Assembly (NCBI GenBank): GCA_000402355.1
Contig: AQRS01000043.1
Location: 23,090 to 87,089, forward strand
Direction of reading: 5' to 3'
DNA from: Candidatus Iainarchaeum andersonii SCGC AAA011-E11
GTDB taxonomy: Archaea > Iainarchaeota > Iainarchaeia > Iainarchaeales > Iainarchaeaceae
DNA: 64,000 nucleotides
This document shows positions 37,687 through 47,547 of the stretch, in pieces. How positions within the stretch are numbered: the stretch's first letter is position 1; each line of letters starts with the position of its first letter. Made by a program: the position numbers and the translations under genes. The notes beneath the pieces are model-generated. The model was not told the origin of the DNA. It searched no databases and saw nothing but the letters and a program-made list of their open reading frames with translations.

Positions 37687-38343
37687 CTAACTAATTCTTT
37701 TTACTTCCACTTCTGAAGTGAGCGTTCGAATCATTTCAGCAACCGCCTCTTCATCATGCTTAACGCCAAAGCCGCGGCCGGTTTTTTCGCCCCTTTCAAG
37801 AATATCATACTGGAAAGTAATCTGGTCTATATCCATGTCCCGGTTGAAAGTGAACTGCACCCAAACATCACGCCCCAAAAAGTGCATCTTGGTTTCCCGG
37901 GTGTCACCCATCGTGTTCTTCCAATTCGCAGGCACAAAAACTTTTTGCCCATGAACAAGTGCGCCAACTTTCTTGACTTTGCGCGCCCTGAGCCAAGGCA
38001 TTTGCTTCTCAAGAACTGACTTGGCCATCTTTCTTTCAAGAACATTTATCGGCTCGAGTTCCCGGGCACTATACTTTCCTTCTCGGCCTACATGCCTCAC
38101 CCTCATTAGTGTCTCGGGAAGAATTTTCCCGACAGCATTTACCCTGAACCTGAACACGCCAAACTTATTTACAGGAGCGGTAAAAGCAAAAGTAGATCCT
38201 CCTCTGCGCGGCATTTCAATCCGCCCGGCATTCCACCCGACTGGAAGTTGATGCCTAATGTGGTCATCGAAATAAATTACCCTATGAGGCCTTGAAGGAG
38301 GCATAAAAAAAATAGACAGCGCCGAAATATTTAAATCCTTCAC
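37687..38343 (-). CDS. Hypothetical protein (218 aa)
   Basis: Clean ORF convergent with aIF5A. No family assigned. Confidence 0.4.
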   Translation of the reverse strand: MKDLNISALSIFFMPPSRPHRVIYFDDHIRHQLPVGWNAGRIEMPRRGGSTFAFTAPVNKFGVFRFRVNAVGKILPETLMRVRHVGREGKYSARELEPINVLERKMAKSVLEKQMPWLRARKVKKVGALVHGQKVFVPANWKNTMGDTRETKMHFLGRDVWVQFTFNRDMDIDQITFQYDILERGEKTGRGFGVKHDEEAVAEMIRTLTSEVEVKRIS

Positions 38344-40541
38344 TCGACCTTAACTTTCCGCCACGAGCCGCCGCAATACTTCACAATGTTCCCGCAGATT
38401 TCCTCCAAAGCATCATCAATGTATTTCTGCGGCGTGTACTTGTTGCCCTGCACGTAAAGGAAAACGTTTTTCGTTTCGTTTGTCACCTTCGTGTGCTCCC
38501 CTTGCTTCACGTCCATGCGGCACAGGACAACTTTATCATCCGCAAAAACGTATTCGCCCTTCGGAACCTCCATCGCTTCGCTTTGCCCGAGAGGAATGTA
38601 AAGTTCCGAGCCATCAGCAAGCTTCACTTTCACGTTGCCTGAAACCTTATCAAGGTCATGCGCGCCCACAATCAAGGCCTTTTTTATTGAGACAAGATTG
38701 TAAGAGTCAACCACGGTGTTTATTGTGGGCAGTTTTCCCGACTGCGCGGAAATCTCAACCAAGTTCGCGACGGCGTGCTTCCCGTGCTTCACCTTCAAGG
38801 CATCATACAGCTCCAAATAGCCCCTTATCACGGGGCTCTTTTCAATCTCCTTGAGGCTTATCGCCTTCACCGCCTCGCGCGCTTTCTTGTCCAGGCCTTC
38901 GTGCTTCTTCTTAACGCGCACATTCTCAATCACGGCAACGGCAAGCTTCAAATCCAGTTCCTTGAGTTGGGGCGCAATTGAAACCCTTATGCTGCGCGCC
39001 TTGCCCTCGCGCACCTCCTCCTTCGGAGCCTCGAGCTTCTGGAACAAAATTTCCTTTTTCCCTATTTTTGTCCCCGCCTTGAGAAGATTGAATTTCGCAT
39101 CATTCAAAGAGCCGAGGGGAACGTTCAATTGCGCGGAAATTTTTTCCGCCGAACCCGGCATGAACGGGGAAACGAGGATTGCAATAATGCGCAGCGAGTC
39201 CAAAAGAGAGTAAAGCGTTTCCTCCAAAGCTTTTCCCTTGAGCTTCCACGGCTCCTTCTCGTTCACGAAGCGGTTGCATGCCGTCACGAAAGAAAAAATT
39301 TCGGCAAGCGCATTGTGAACCTCGAGCTTCTCCATGAAGGAGCCGATTTTTTCCAGATTGAGCTGCTTCGCGAGCGCCTCACTCGTTTTTGCCTTCGGAA
39401 CCGTTCCGTCGAGCCTTGTTTCGGTAAGGGTTAAAGTGCGCTGCAGCAGATTCCCCAAAGAATTCGCTAGCTCTGAGTTATGGCGTTCAACCATTGCCGC
39501 AACCGAGAAATTGCCGTCCTCGCCCATCGGAATCTCCCGGAGAAGGTAGTAGCGCGCGGAATCCGCGCCGTACTTTTCAACGAGTTGTACAGGGTCGATT
39601 ACGTTCCCAGTGGATTTCGACATTTTTTCGCCGTACGCGTCATTGATGAAGCCGTGCACAAAAATTTTCTTTGGGGGCTCTATTCCCGCGGAGAAAAGCA
39701 TTATCGGCCAGATTACGGAATGGAACCACAGTATGTCCTTTCCGATTACGTGCATGTCCGCGGGCCAGAATTTTTTTGATTTCTCCGAAGAGTAATCTAT
39801 TCCGGAAAGGTAATTGAGGAGCGCGTCAAACCAAACGTAAATCACGTGCTGCGGATTGTTTTTCAGCGGGATTCCCCAGTGAAAACTGGTACGTGAAACG
39901 CTCAAATCCCGCAGCCCCTCCTGGACACGGTTGATTATTTCCTGGCGCCTCTGCAGGGGAAAAATGAATCCCGGGTTTTTTTCTACAAACTCGAGCCACT
40001 TCGAGGCGTAATTGTTCATTTTGAAAAAATAGCTCTCCTCCTTCAAAAGGGCCGGCCTTGTCATGTGCACGGGGCACAAACCGGAGTCAAGCTCCTTTTC
40101 AAGGTAAAACCTTTCGCACCCGTTGCAGTAAAGGCCTTCATACTCGCCCAAATAAATGTCGCCCTTTTCGAGCACGCGCTGGAAAATGGTTTGGCAAATC
40201 ATTTCATGCTTTCCATCTGTGGTGCGGATGAAATTATCATAGGAAATGCCCCATTTGGCGCAGAGTTCCTTGAAGTATTTCACCTGCGCATCGACAAAAG
40301 GCTTCGGCTCCTTGCCAGCTTTTTCCGCGGCATCCTCGATTTTCTTGCCGTGCTCATCCGTCCCCGTGAGGAAAAAAACATCCTCGCCCTTCAGCCTATG
40401 CCACCGCGCGAGGCAGTCAGCAACGGTTTTCTCGTAAGCGTGGCCGAGATGCGGCTTGGAATTGGGATAGTCAATGGCAGTAGTGATGTAGAACTTGCCT
40501 TTTCCGCTCATAGCCGCTTCACCTCCTTTCCAACCTTTCAA
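38340..40541 (-). CDS. metG: Methionyl-tRNA synthetase
   Basis: 'PNSKPHLGHAYE' (HIGH), 'KMSKSTGN' (KMSKS), Zn knuckle 'CNGCERF...CPVH', and a C-terminal tRNA-binding domain. Confidence 0.9.
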   Translation of the reverse strand: MKGWKGGEAAMSGKGKFYITTAIDYPNSKPHLGHAYEKTVADCLARWHRLKGEDVFFLTGTDEHGKKIEDAAEKAGKEPKPFVDAQVKYFKELCAKWGISYDNFIRTTDGKHEMICQTIFQRVLEKGDIYLGEYEGLYCNGCERFYLEKELDSGLCPVHMTRPALLKEESYFFKMNNYASKWLEFVEKNPGFIFPLQRRQEIINRVQEGLRDLSVSRTSFHWGIPLKNNPQHVIYVWFDALLNYLSGIDYSSEKSKKFWPADMHVIGKDILWFHSVIWPIMLFSAGIEPPKKIFVHGFINDAYGEKMSKSTGNVIDPVQLVEKYGADSARYYLLREIPMGEDGNFSVAAMVERHNSELANSLGNLLQRTLTLTETRLDGTVPKAKTSEALAKQLNLEKIGSFMEKLEVHNALAEIFSFVTACNRFVNEKEPWKLKGKALEETLYSLLDSLRIIAILVSPFMPGSAEKISAQLNVPLGSLNDAKFNLLKAGTKIGKKEILFQKLEAPKEEVREGKARSIRVSIAPQLKELDLKLAVAVIENVRVKKKHEGLDKKAREAVKAISLKEIEKSPVIRGYLELYDALKVKHGKHAVANLVEISAQSGKLPTINTVVDSYNLVSIKKALIVGAHDLDKVSGNVKVKLADGSELYIPLGQSEAMEVPKGEYVFADDKVVLCRMDVKQGEHTKVTNETKNVFLYVQGNKYTPQKYIDDALEEICGNIVKYCGGSWRKVKVE

Positions 40542-40795
40542 AATTCTCTTTTGTTTTAATCATGTCAGCTAACCTGTCTTTGTGCCTAATATAAGGTTTT
40601 ATGAGGTTGAAAAGCTTTAATAGTGATTCTTTTTTGTTTACCTCAGTATGTCAGAAATCATTATTCGGGTGCTCATTTTTATAATAACCTAACCTAAAAG
40701 TACACTGAACTCCAAGAGATTCAAGCTTCTTGAAAGCTTGCTTCAACGTTTGATTAAAACTTAAATTATTAAAATGAATCAGGGCAGAAACTTTT

Positions 40796-41119
40796 ATGGG
40801 GAATAATAAGTGGACTCTGAATCAAAAACTTGTAGCCCTAGGCATATTTGTAGCGATAATCGGAAATTTAATAAATTTAGGACTGTACTTCATAACAGAG
40901 TCCAAACAAATAATTATTACCCAAGATATTGATAATTTAAAATCAAAAACTGCAGATATAGAGAAATTAAGGGCGACAGCAGCAGATATCGAATCTTTGA
41001 AAGCAAAAATAGCAGAAATAGAAGAACTAACTTTTACGGATACAAATATTAACTGCCCTTCAGGAACCGCCCCAGCAATAGGATTTGGTTGGACTGGAAT
41101 AAAAAAAGAATGTATATAA
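40796..41119 (+). CDS. Small N-terminally membrane-anchored protein with internal repeat, unknown function
   Basis: A TM helix, then the repeated 'DI(D/E)xLK(S/A)K' units 'DIDNLKSKTADIEKLRATAADIESLKAKIAEIEEL'. Confidence 0.35.
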   Translation: MGNNKWTLNQKLVALGIFVAIIGNLINLGLYFITESKQIIITQDIDNLKSKTADIEKLRATAADIESLKAKIAEIEELTFTDTNINCPSGTAPAIGFGWTGIKKECI

Positions 41120-41680
41120 TCCCAAACAGAAGAAGTCAAATCAAATTAAAGTTAGGATAATCTATAGCAGTTGTAATGTAGAAGGTATTGCTTTTGGACA
41201 TGCAATGAATATGCCGGAATTTTTATTTAAAGGCAACTGGGCCGCAACAAAAATGCTGAAAGGAATAATTGAAAACGAACTTGGGGAAAAACGTTGTGAA
41301 GGCATTCTCACAGCAGGCATGAAAACCAAAACTTATGCGCCCCTGATTCAGTTTCCTGATTTTTTTCCGCGAAAAAGTTCCGAAACCTAAGGAAGAGTTC
41401 TTAATTAGTTCAGAGGGATACTTGTTATAGAAAATAAAATTTCCCAATGCGAATTTCAGCAATACGGGGTTTTGGCTTTTTCTTGGTGGGAAAGGCAGGA
41501 ACCGCAGCAAACCAGGGCTTGTGAAGCAGCGAACGCCCCGCACTGCAAAAAGTAAAGCAGCGAGCGGTAGCGAGCCAAGTTCATGCTGGCGCAAGACCTA
41601 TCAAGTACCATTGGCACGAAGATAGGGCGCTTTCCGGCCGCTGGCTCGCGGTGCAATGGTTAGTGTCCCGCTTTGCGGGA

Positions 41681-41739
41681 CCAAGGCCCTGCAAAGCAGG
41701 GGCTGTCGCTCCCAACCGGCGAAAGGGTTGCCCGCAGCG
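41681..41739 (+). repeat. Copy 2 of the roughly 59-bp GC-rich structured repeat, upstream of the mcm promoter
   Basis: 'ccaaggccctgcaaagcaggggctgtcgctcccaaccggcgaaagggttgcccgcagcg'. It lies within a roughly 300-bp GC-rich ORF-free stretch (41440-41760). Confidence 0.7.
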
Positions 41740-41755
41740 GCAACCAGCCTTCGGA

Positions 41756-41769
41756 GCGCTTTTAAAAGG
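41756..41769 (+). promoter_or_regulatory. TATA box/BRE-like element for mcm
   Basis: 'gcgcTTTTAAAAgg' lies 20-35 bp upstream of the GTG (41787) and ATG (41799) start candidates, implying a leaderless or short-leader transcript. Confidence 0.5.
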
Positions 41770-41786
41770 CAAAAAAACAGTGTTTA

Positions 41787-44700
41787 GTGGGGAAAAGCAT
41801 GTACGAGGAAAAGGTGCGCGAGGATAATCCCTTTGTCGAGAAATTCGAATTGTTCCTGAAGAACAGGTGCATGAAGGACATAGAAAGGCTCGTGGGCGAG
41901 TACCCGCAAAAAAGAAGCCTTCTCGTTGATTTCAAGGAACTCGAACATTATGACTTCGAGCTTGCCGATGAACTGCTGGTTAATCCTGACGTCTGCCTTG
42001 AGGCCGCACAATTGGCAATCAAGAACATTGATGTTCCAATGCTCGAGGTCGAGGAATTTTCCCCGCACATACGCATATTCAATTTGCCAGAAGAAAAACA
42101 GCCGCTCCTCATGGACATTAGTTCCTCGCACATTGGAAAACTCATCAGTGTCGAGGGCGTAATAAGGCAAGTTACGGATGTGCTGCCCAAATTAAAGTTC
42201 GCGACCTGGCACTGCGCGCGCTGTGACGCAACCTACAAGGTTCCGCAGACCAAGAACATGCCAAAGACGCCTTCAATGTGCAGCGAATGCAAGAACAGGA
42301 CATTCAACCTTGACGAGGAAACAAGCGATTTTGGCGATTACCAGAAAATACAGATACAGGAACCCCTTGAAGCCATAAAGGGAAGCGAGCAGGCAATAAC
42401 CCTCAACATTGATGTGAGTGATGATCTCGTGAACAAGGTTGCCCCGGGGGACAGGACAAGAATAACCGGAATAATACGCCTTTCCCCGCCGAAAGAAAAG
42501 AAAATAGTTTACGGCAGGTATCTCGAGGCGATTCACATCGAGGAAACTGCAAAAGAATTCGAGGAAGTCGAAATATCAAAGGAAGAGGAGGAAGAAATAA
42601 TCAAGCTCGCGAAGCGCGATGACGTTTATGAACAACTGATTCAAAGCATTGCGCCGCACATCTACGGCCACGAAATAATGAAAGAATCAATCGCGCTCCA
42701 ATTATTCGGGGGAGTGAAAAAGCTTCTGCCCAACGCCCAGCAGGTAAGGGGAAACATACACATACTTCTCGTAGGGGATCCGGGAATGGCGAAATGCGTT
42801 TCGGGGGATACGAAAATACTTTTGAGTGACGGTTCGCTTAAAAGAATGGATGAATTTGTAAATGGATTTTTGGCACAGAATGAAAACAAACAGCTTGATG
42901 ATGGCGTGTGCTGCGAAGCCGATTGTGAGATACCGGTTATGGATGATAACGGAAAAATAGTTTTTTCAAAAATAGTGAGGGCTTTCAAGAGGAAACCAAT
43001 TGAAATGTTTGAGGTAAGTACAAGAAGCGGGAAAAAAATACGAGTTACACATACGCACCCATTTTTCCTGCCTTACAAAGGAAAAGTAAAGGCTGTTTCC
43101 GCAAACTACCTTGACACAAATGATTACATTGCACTTCCAAGGAAACTGAAATTAAAAGGGGAAACCCAAAAACTTGAAGCGCCTGAAAAAGGAAAAACCA
43201 ATGCAATCAAAATAAGGGTTCCGGAAACACTGAATGAGGAAACTGCAAGGTTTATGGGATATTTCTGCGCAGAAGGTTACTCAGAGAAAACCAAATCAAC
43301 AGTTGAAATAAGATTCACAAACTCGGATGAGGAAGTGTTGAATGATTTTTGCAGAATAAGCCGGAAACAGTTCGGAGTTGAACCTCAATTGGTTGAAAGA
43401 AACGGAAGCACTGAAGTGAGGGTGAGCGGTGTTGAACTTGGAAGCCTTCTGATGAAGAACGCACCCGGTATACTGGAAAAGTCCTTCCGCAAGAACGTCC
43501 CTGAAAAAATACTGAAAAGTCCGCCCAGCATCAAGAAAGAATTTTTGAGGGGCTACTTTGAGGGCGAAGGGCACGTAAGGAAAGACGAGAGAATGATTGA
43601 GGTGGTGAGTGCAAGCACGGTGTTGGTTGAAAATATACAACAAATGCTGCTCGAATTCGGCATTATTAGCCTAAAAGAAGAAGGGGAAAGATACGCAGCA
43701 AACACACAGAAAAAAACCAGAAGAAAATATCAAAGAATCAGGATAGGTGGCTTGTTTGCGGTAAAGTTTGCAAAGGAAATAGGTTTTATCACCCAAAGGA
43801 AAAACAATGCACTGAAACAATTTGTAACCACTGAAAAGGCCACGAACACAAACATTGATGTCGTTCCAAACATGTCCGTTGAACTGAAAAAAGCAAGGCT
43901 TGGACTTGGGTTAAGCCAGTTCGAAATAGGCGTTCCACGATCCACCTTTCAGCACTTTGAAAGGGGAGACAGAATGCCAAGCAAACAGGCACTCCAAAAA
44001 ATTGCGCTTACCCTAATTAAGGAATTTGAAGAAAAAAGCATTTATGACAATGAAGTACAGGCAGCTGTGCTCAACATCCACAAACAGGCATTCTCGGAAA
44101 TATTCTGGGACAAAGTGGAAAAAATAAAGAAAATTGAAAACGAGGAATGGATTTATGATGTTGAGGTCGAAAAATTCCACAACTTCATATCAAACGGAAT
44201 AATATCCCACAACTCGGCAATCCTGAAAGCAACGGACGCAATCGCGCCTAAATCAATTTACGTGGCGGGAAAATCGGCTTCAGGAGCAGGCCTTTCCGCA
44301 ACAGCCGTGAAAGATGAATTCGGGGAAGGAGGCTGGACACTAAAAGCAGGCGCACTTGTTCTCGCTTCAGGCGGAATGGTAATGGTGGATGAATTCGACA
44401 AAATGGAGCCGGAAGACAGGAGCGCAATGCACGAGGCGCTCGAGCAGCAAACCGTAAGTGTAGCCAAGGCAGGAATCATAGCGAAATTCAAGGCCGACAC
44501 AACAGTGCTTGCGGCCGCAAACCCCAAATACTCGAGGTTCGACCCTTACCAGCCTTTCATTGAGCAAATAAATTTGCCGGCAACACTCATAAGCAGGTTC
44601 GACCTGTTCTTCATGATCCGGGATGTCCTTGACAGGACAAAAGACCAGGAGATTGCGGACCACATAATCAAGAGCCACAGGGCCGGGGAAATGAACCTGC

Positions 44701-45305
44701 AGAGGCTCAAGAAAGGGGGCGGAAAAAAAAGCGCGGAGCTCGAAAAGCTCGAGGAATTAATAACCCCGAAAATCAGCGGAGAGCTCCTCAAAAAATTCAT
44801 TTCATACGCGCGCCAAAAAATATTCCCCATACTTACCGAAGAATCCATGAAGGAAATATCGGATTTTTACATTGCATTGCGCGACCAGGGAAGAAAGGAG
44901 GGCGCATATGCGGCAACGCACAGGCAGCTCGAGGGAATAATAAGATTGTCCGAAGCGAGCGCGCGCGTAAGGCTCAGCGACGCGGTTGAAAGGAACGATG
45001 TTGAAAGGGCGATAAGGCTGGTAAAAACATCGCTGCAGGACCTTGTTACCGACCCCGAAACCGGAAAAATCGACATCGACATCATTACTTCCGGCCAAAC
45101 GCACACAACGCTCTCAAACCTCAAGAAAATTTTGGGATTAATCAGGGAGAAGGCAAAGGAAGTCGACATGATTTCCATCGAGGAAATAATCGGCGAGGCA
45201 AAAACGTTCGGAATAGAAAAGGACAAGGCCCGCGACCTTTTATCCAAGCTTCAGCAGAGCGGCGACATTTACTCGCCAAAGCACGGATTCTACAAACCGA
45301 CGTGA
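41787..45305 (+). CDS. mcm: MCM replicative helicase containing a 473-aa intein (extein about 699 aa). The true start is possibly ATG at 41799.
   Basis: An N-terminal Zn-finger 'CARCDA...CSECKN'. Walker A 'LLVGDPGMAK' is interrupted, then resumes 'SAILKATDAI'. Walker B, arginine finger and winged helix follow. Confidence 0.9.
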   Translation: MGKSMYEEKVREDNPFVEKFELFLKNRCMKDIERLVGEYPQKRSLLVDFKELEHYDFELADELLVNPDVCLEAAQLAIKNIDVPMLEVEEFSPHIRIFNLPEEKQPLLMDISSSHIGKLISVEGVIRQVTDVLPKLKFATWHCARCDATYKVPQTKNMPKTPSMCSECKNRTFNLDEETSDFGDYQKIQIQEPLEAIKGSEQAITLNIDVSDDLVNKVAPGDRTRITGIIRLSPPKEKKIVYGRYLEAIHIEETAKEFEEVEISKEEEEEIIKLAKRDDVYEQLIQSIAPHIYGHEIMKESIALQLFGGVKKLLPNAQQVRGNIHILLVGDPGMAKCVSGDTKILLSDGSLKRMDEFVNGFLAQNENKQLDDGVCCEADCEIPVMDDNGKIVFSKIVRAFKRKPIEMFEVSTRSGKKIRVTHTHPFFLPYKGKVKAVSANYLDTNDYIALPRKLKLKGETQKLEAPEKGKTNAIKIRVPETLNEETARFMGYFCAEGYSEKTKSTVEIRFTNSDEEVLNDFCRISRKQFGVEPQLVERNGSTEVRVSGVELGSLLMKNAPGILEKSFRKNVPEKILKSPPSIKKEFLRGYFEGEGHVRKDERMIEVVSASTVLVENIQQMLLEFGIISLKEEGERYAANTQKKTRRKYQRIRIGGLFAVKFAKEIGFITQRKNNALKQFVTTEKATNTNIDVVPNMSVELKKARLGLGLSQFEIGVPRSTFQHFERGDRMPSKQALQKIALTLIKEFEEKSIYDNEVQAAVLNIHKQAFSEIFWDKVEKIKKIENEEWIYDVEVEKFHNFISNGIISHNSAILKATDAIAPKSIYVAGKSASGAGLSATAVKDEFGEGGWTLKAGALVLASGGMVMVDEFDKMEPEDRSAMHEALEQQTVSVAKAGIIAKFKADTTVLAAANPKYSRFDPYQPFIEQINLPATLISRFDLFFMIRDVLDRTKDQEIADHIIKSHRAGEMNLQRLKKGGGKKSAELEKLEELITPKISGELLKKFISYARQKIFPILTEESMKEISDFYIALRDQGRKEGAYAATHRQLEGIIRLSEASARVRLSDAVERNDVERAIRLVKTSLQDLVTDPETGKIDIDIITSGQTHTTLSNLKKILGLIREKAKEVDMISIEEIIGEAKTFGIEKDKARDLLSKLQQSGDIYSPKHGFYKPT
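42795..44213 (+). other. Intein (Hint domain + LAGLIDADG homing endonuclease + HTH) inserted in the MCM Walker A/P-loop
   Basis: Starts with Cys ('CVSGDTKILLSDGS') and ends 'ISHN' before extein Ser. Internal 'MGYFCAEGY' and 'LRGYFEGEGHV' are LAGLIDADG motifs, with the HTH 'LSQFEIGVPRSTFQHFERGD'. In frame: (42795-41787) is divisible by 3. Confidence 0.85.
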
Positions 45306-45327
45306 AACCTGAACAAGGGGGCAGCTA

Positions 45328-45561
45328 ATTGAAAATAACTGAGTCATTTCACTGGTCAAAAAGGAAAAAACACAGGAAAAATATCGAAGAATACATGATA
45401 GAATATGCCATCAGAAACTCGAATCACGCAAGGGACAAGGACCACTAAAACGCCCTGAACGCAGTTGCTAAAATACCGCAAACAGGGAAAAAATTGAAGG
45501 TTGTGTTCCGCAAAACAGGAGAAGACGAGATAAAATTAATAACTGCATTTTACATAGATTA
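45328..45561 (+). pseudogene. DUF4258-like toxin gene interrupted by an in-frame TAA (at 45445-45447)
   Basis: A single frame reads 'LKITESFHWSKRKKHRKNIEEYMIEYAIRNSNHARDKDH*NALNAVAKIPQTGKKLKVVFRKTGEDEIKLITAFYID*'. There is no ATG (TTG at 45328), and a stop splits the domain. It sits directly upstream of an intact DUF2283 gene. Confidence 0.45.
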
Positions 45562-45789
45562 ATGGTGAAGAGAATGAAAACAACGAAAAAGGAAAGCTGG
45601 TACGACAAGGAAGAGGATATAATAGGTGTACAGCTGCTTGATGGAAAATACTGGAAAAGCATAGAGTTGTCCAATGGAATAGTAATAGACGTTTCTGAAG
45701 ATGGCAAAATCATTGGAATAGAAATACCAAATGCCAAAAAAGTGTTTTCTGGGGAAGCAAAAAAAGTTCTCCAAAAAGCAACCGCATAA
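45562..45789 (+). CDS. DUF2283-family small protein (putative antitoxin partner of DUF4258)
   Basis: 'YDKEEDIIGVQLLDGKYWKSIELSNGIVIDVSEDGKIIGIEIPNA' matches the DUF2283 pattern. Confidence 0.6.
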   Translation: MVKRMKTTKKESWYDKEEDIIGVQLLDGKYWKSIELSNGIVIDVSEDGKIIGIEIPNAKKVFSGEAKKVLQKATA

Positions 45790-45858
45790 GACCTTTGATT
45801 CGGCAATAACTCATAGCCCATTTAAATTATTTTCGGAATTCCTGAAGTACGGTTCCGA

Positions 45859-46059
45859 ATGAAGTGCGCGCAGTGCGGGAACACCGCAACCAAAATCAAT
45901 TCCAAGGGAATTCCGGTCTGCTCACAGCACCTCAAAACAAAGTTCTCGGCGCCGAAGTGCCCGAACTGCGGGATAGAAATGAAAATCCGCGAAGGAAAAT
46001 ACGGCAAATTCTGGGGATGTGTGGCATTCCCCATGTGCGACGGAATAAGGAAACTGTAA
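45859..46059 (+). CDS. Stand-alone topoisomerase-type C4 zinc-ribbon protein
   Basis: 'CPNCGIEMKIREGKYGKFWGCVAFPMCDG' matches the zf-C4_Topoisom pattern. A second CxxC...C sits at the N-terminus. Confidence 0.5.
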   Translation: MKCAQCGNTATKINSKGIPVCSQHLKTKFSAPKCPNCGIEMKIREGKYGKFWGCVAFPMCDGIRKL

Positions 46060-46113
46060 TTGCGTTTAACACAAAAAGCGGTAATTAAAACTTTTCCCAA
46101 ACCTAATTTGTGC

Positions 46114-46776
46114 ATGAGCATCAAGTCCAATTACGAATCAGTGAAAAAAGAAATAGCCCAAACCTGTACACGCGTGAGGCGCAGCCCGAAAGAAATAACT
46201 CTCGTGGCGGTCACTAAAAACGAGCCCGTGACGAAAATAATGGAAATCGTTTCTCTCGGCATTGAAGACATCGGCGAGAGCAAGGCGCAGGAACTCGAGG
46301 AAAAATACCCAGAACTCAAAAAACTAAAAGCGGAAATACACTTCATAGGCCATTTGCAGAGCAACAAGGTGAAACCGGTCGTTGAAATGGCGGACTACAT
46401 ACAAAGCGTTGACTCGCTGAATTTGCTCAGGAAAATACATTACGCAGCCTTGGACATGGATAAGGTGCAGAACATCTTCCTGCAGGTGAACACTTCCGGA
46501 GAAAAACAGAAATACGGGATGCCGCCGCACGGAGTCGAATCGCTTTTAACGACAATGAAAAATTTGCCTTACGGGAACGTGAAATTCATGGGCCTCATGA
46601 CAATGGCGCCACTCACGGAAAACGAGGAAACAATAAGGAACTGCTTCAAAACCCTTTTCGACATCAAGGAGCACCTGAATTTGCACCACCTCTCAATGGG
46701 AATGAGCAACGACTTCAAAATCGCGATAGAGGAAGGCGCCACGGTGTTGAGGATTGGCAGGAAGCTTTTTGAATAA
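46114..46776 (+). CDS. YggS-family pyridoxal-phosphate homeostasis protein
   Basis: 'ITLVAVTKN' (PLP Lys), 'HFIGHLQSNK', 'LSMGMSNDF'. The start was trimmed to Met at 46114. Confidence 0.75.
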   Translation: MSIKSNYESVKKEIAQTCTRVRRSPKEITLVAVTKNEPVTKIMEIVSLGIEDIGESKAQELEEKYPELKKLKAEIHFIGHLQSNKVKPVVEMADYIQSVDSLNLLRKIHYAALDMDKVQNIFLQVNTSGEKQKYGMPPHGVESLLTTMKNLPYGNVKFMGLMTMAPLTENEETIRNCFKTLFDIKEHLNLHHLSMGMSNDFKIAIEEGATVLRIGRKLFE

Positions 46777-46794
46777 AAGAAACCATTTTCTTTT

Positions 46795-47409
46795 ATGCCG
46801 CTTAGAAGAGGAAGTTATTGGTTCTCTGGAGCACCAAAAAAATCTGCTCGGGAAGTCAAGGTTGTTGTAGAGAGGGCGCCTTCTGGTAAAATGGCACCAA
46901 GAACAATTTTTGCGCACGAAAAGGGCGTAAAGATAGACTTGAAGCGCCTAAAAAGCAGGCACATCCAACTTGCGTTCCACATTCCGACAGAATATTTCAA
47001 AGAGCTTGTCAAAAAGGGACAATTCAAATACAAAGACGCAGGAGAAGCCATAGCACGCCTCAGAACACAGATATTTGAAATTGTTCCGAGTCACGGAGAC
47101 CCAAACTTGGAAACGCACGGTTCAGTCATGACCCCAATATCGGCCTTCGAAAACGGCCAAGGACAATGCTTTGATAAAGCATCAATAATAGTTGGCATAG
47201 CGAGGGCAAACGGATTTAAAGCAAGAATATTAGGCGGCATAAGTGCAAGGAAAGACATTGGCTGGTTTGGCCATAAAGAACATTATTGGGCTGAAATATA
47301 TGATGGCACCCAATGGCAAGGAATAGATACCGTTTCGCCAAACATTATTTTTGACAAGAAAAAAATTAACTGGAAAAAAGTTGAGGTTCACGAAGAACAC
47401 AAATTATAA
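46795..47409 (+). CDS. Transglutaminase-like cysteine protease domain protein
   Basis: Cys-His-Asp arrangement 'GQGQCFDKASI ... HYWAEIYDGTQWQGIDT'. Confidence 0.6.
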   Translation: MPLRRGSYWFSGAPKKSAREVKVVVERAPSGKMAPRTIFAHEKGVKIDLKRLKSRHIQLAFHIPTEYFKELVKKGQFKYKDAGEAIARLRTQIFEIVPSHGDPNLETHGSVMTPISAFENGQGQCFDKASIIVGIARANGFKARILGGISARKDIGWFGHKEHYWAEIYDGTQWQGIDTVSPNIIFDKKKINWKKVEVHEEHKL

Positions 47410-47547
47410 TAACTTTATGATACTCGCCATGAACCCGCACCGGCAAATCATACATTTATGTTGTTGCAATAAAAGATGTTCCGAGGAAAATAATTGTTAT
47501 AACGGCAATAAAGCAAAGATTGCCCTGGCAAAGGAAGGTGGAGCGCA

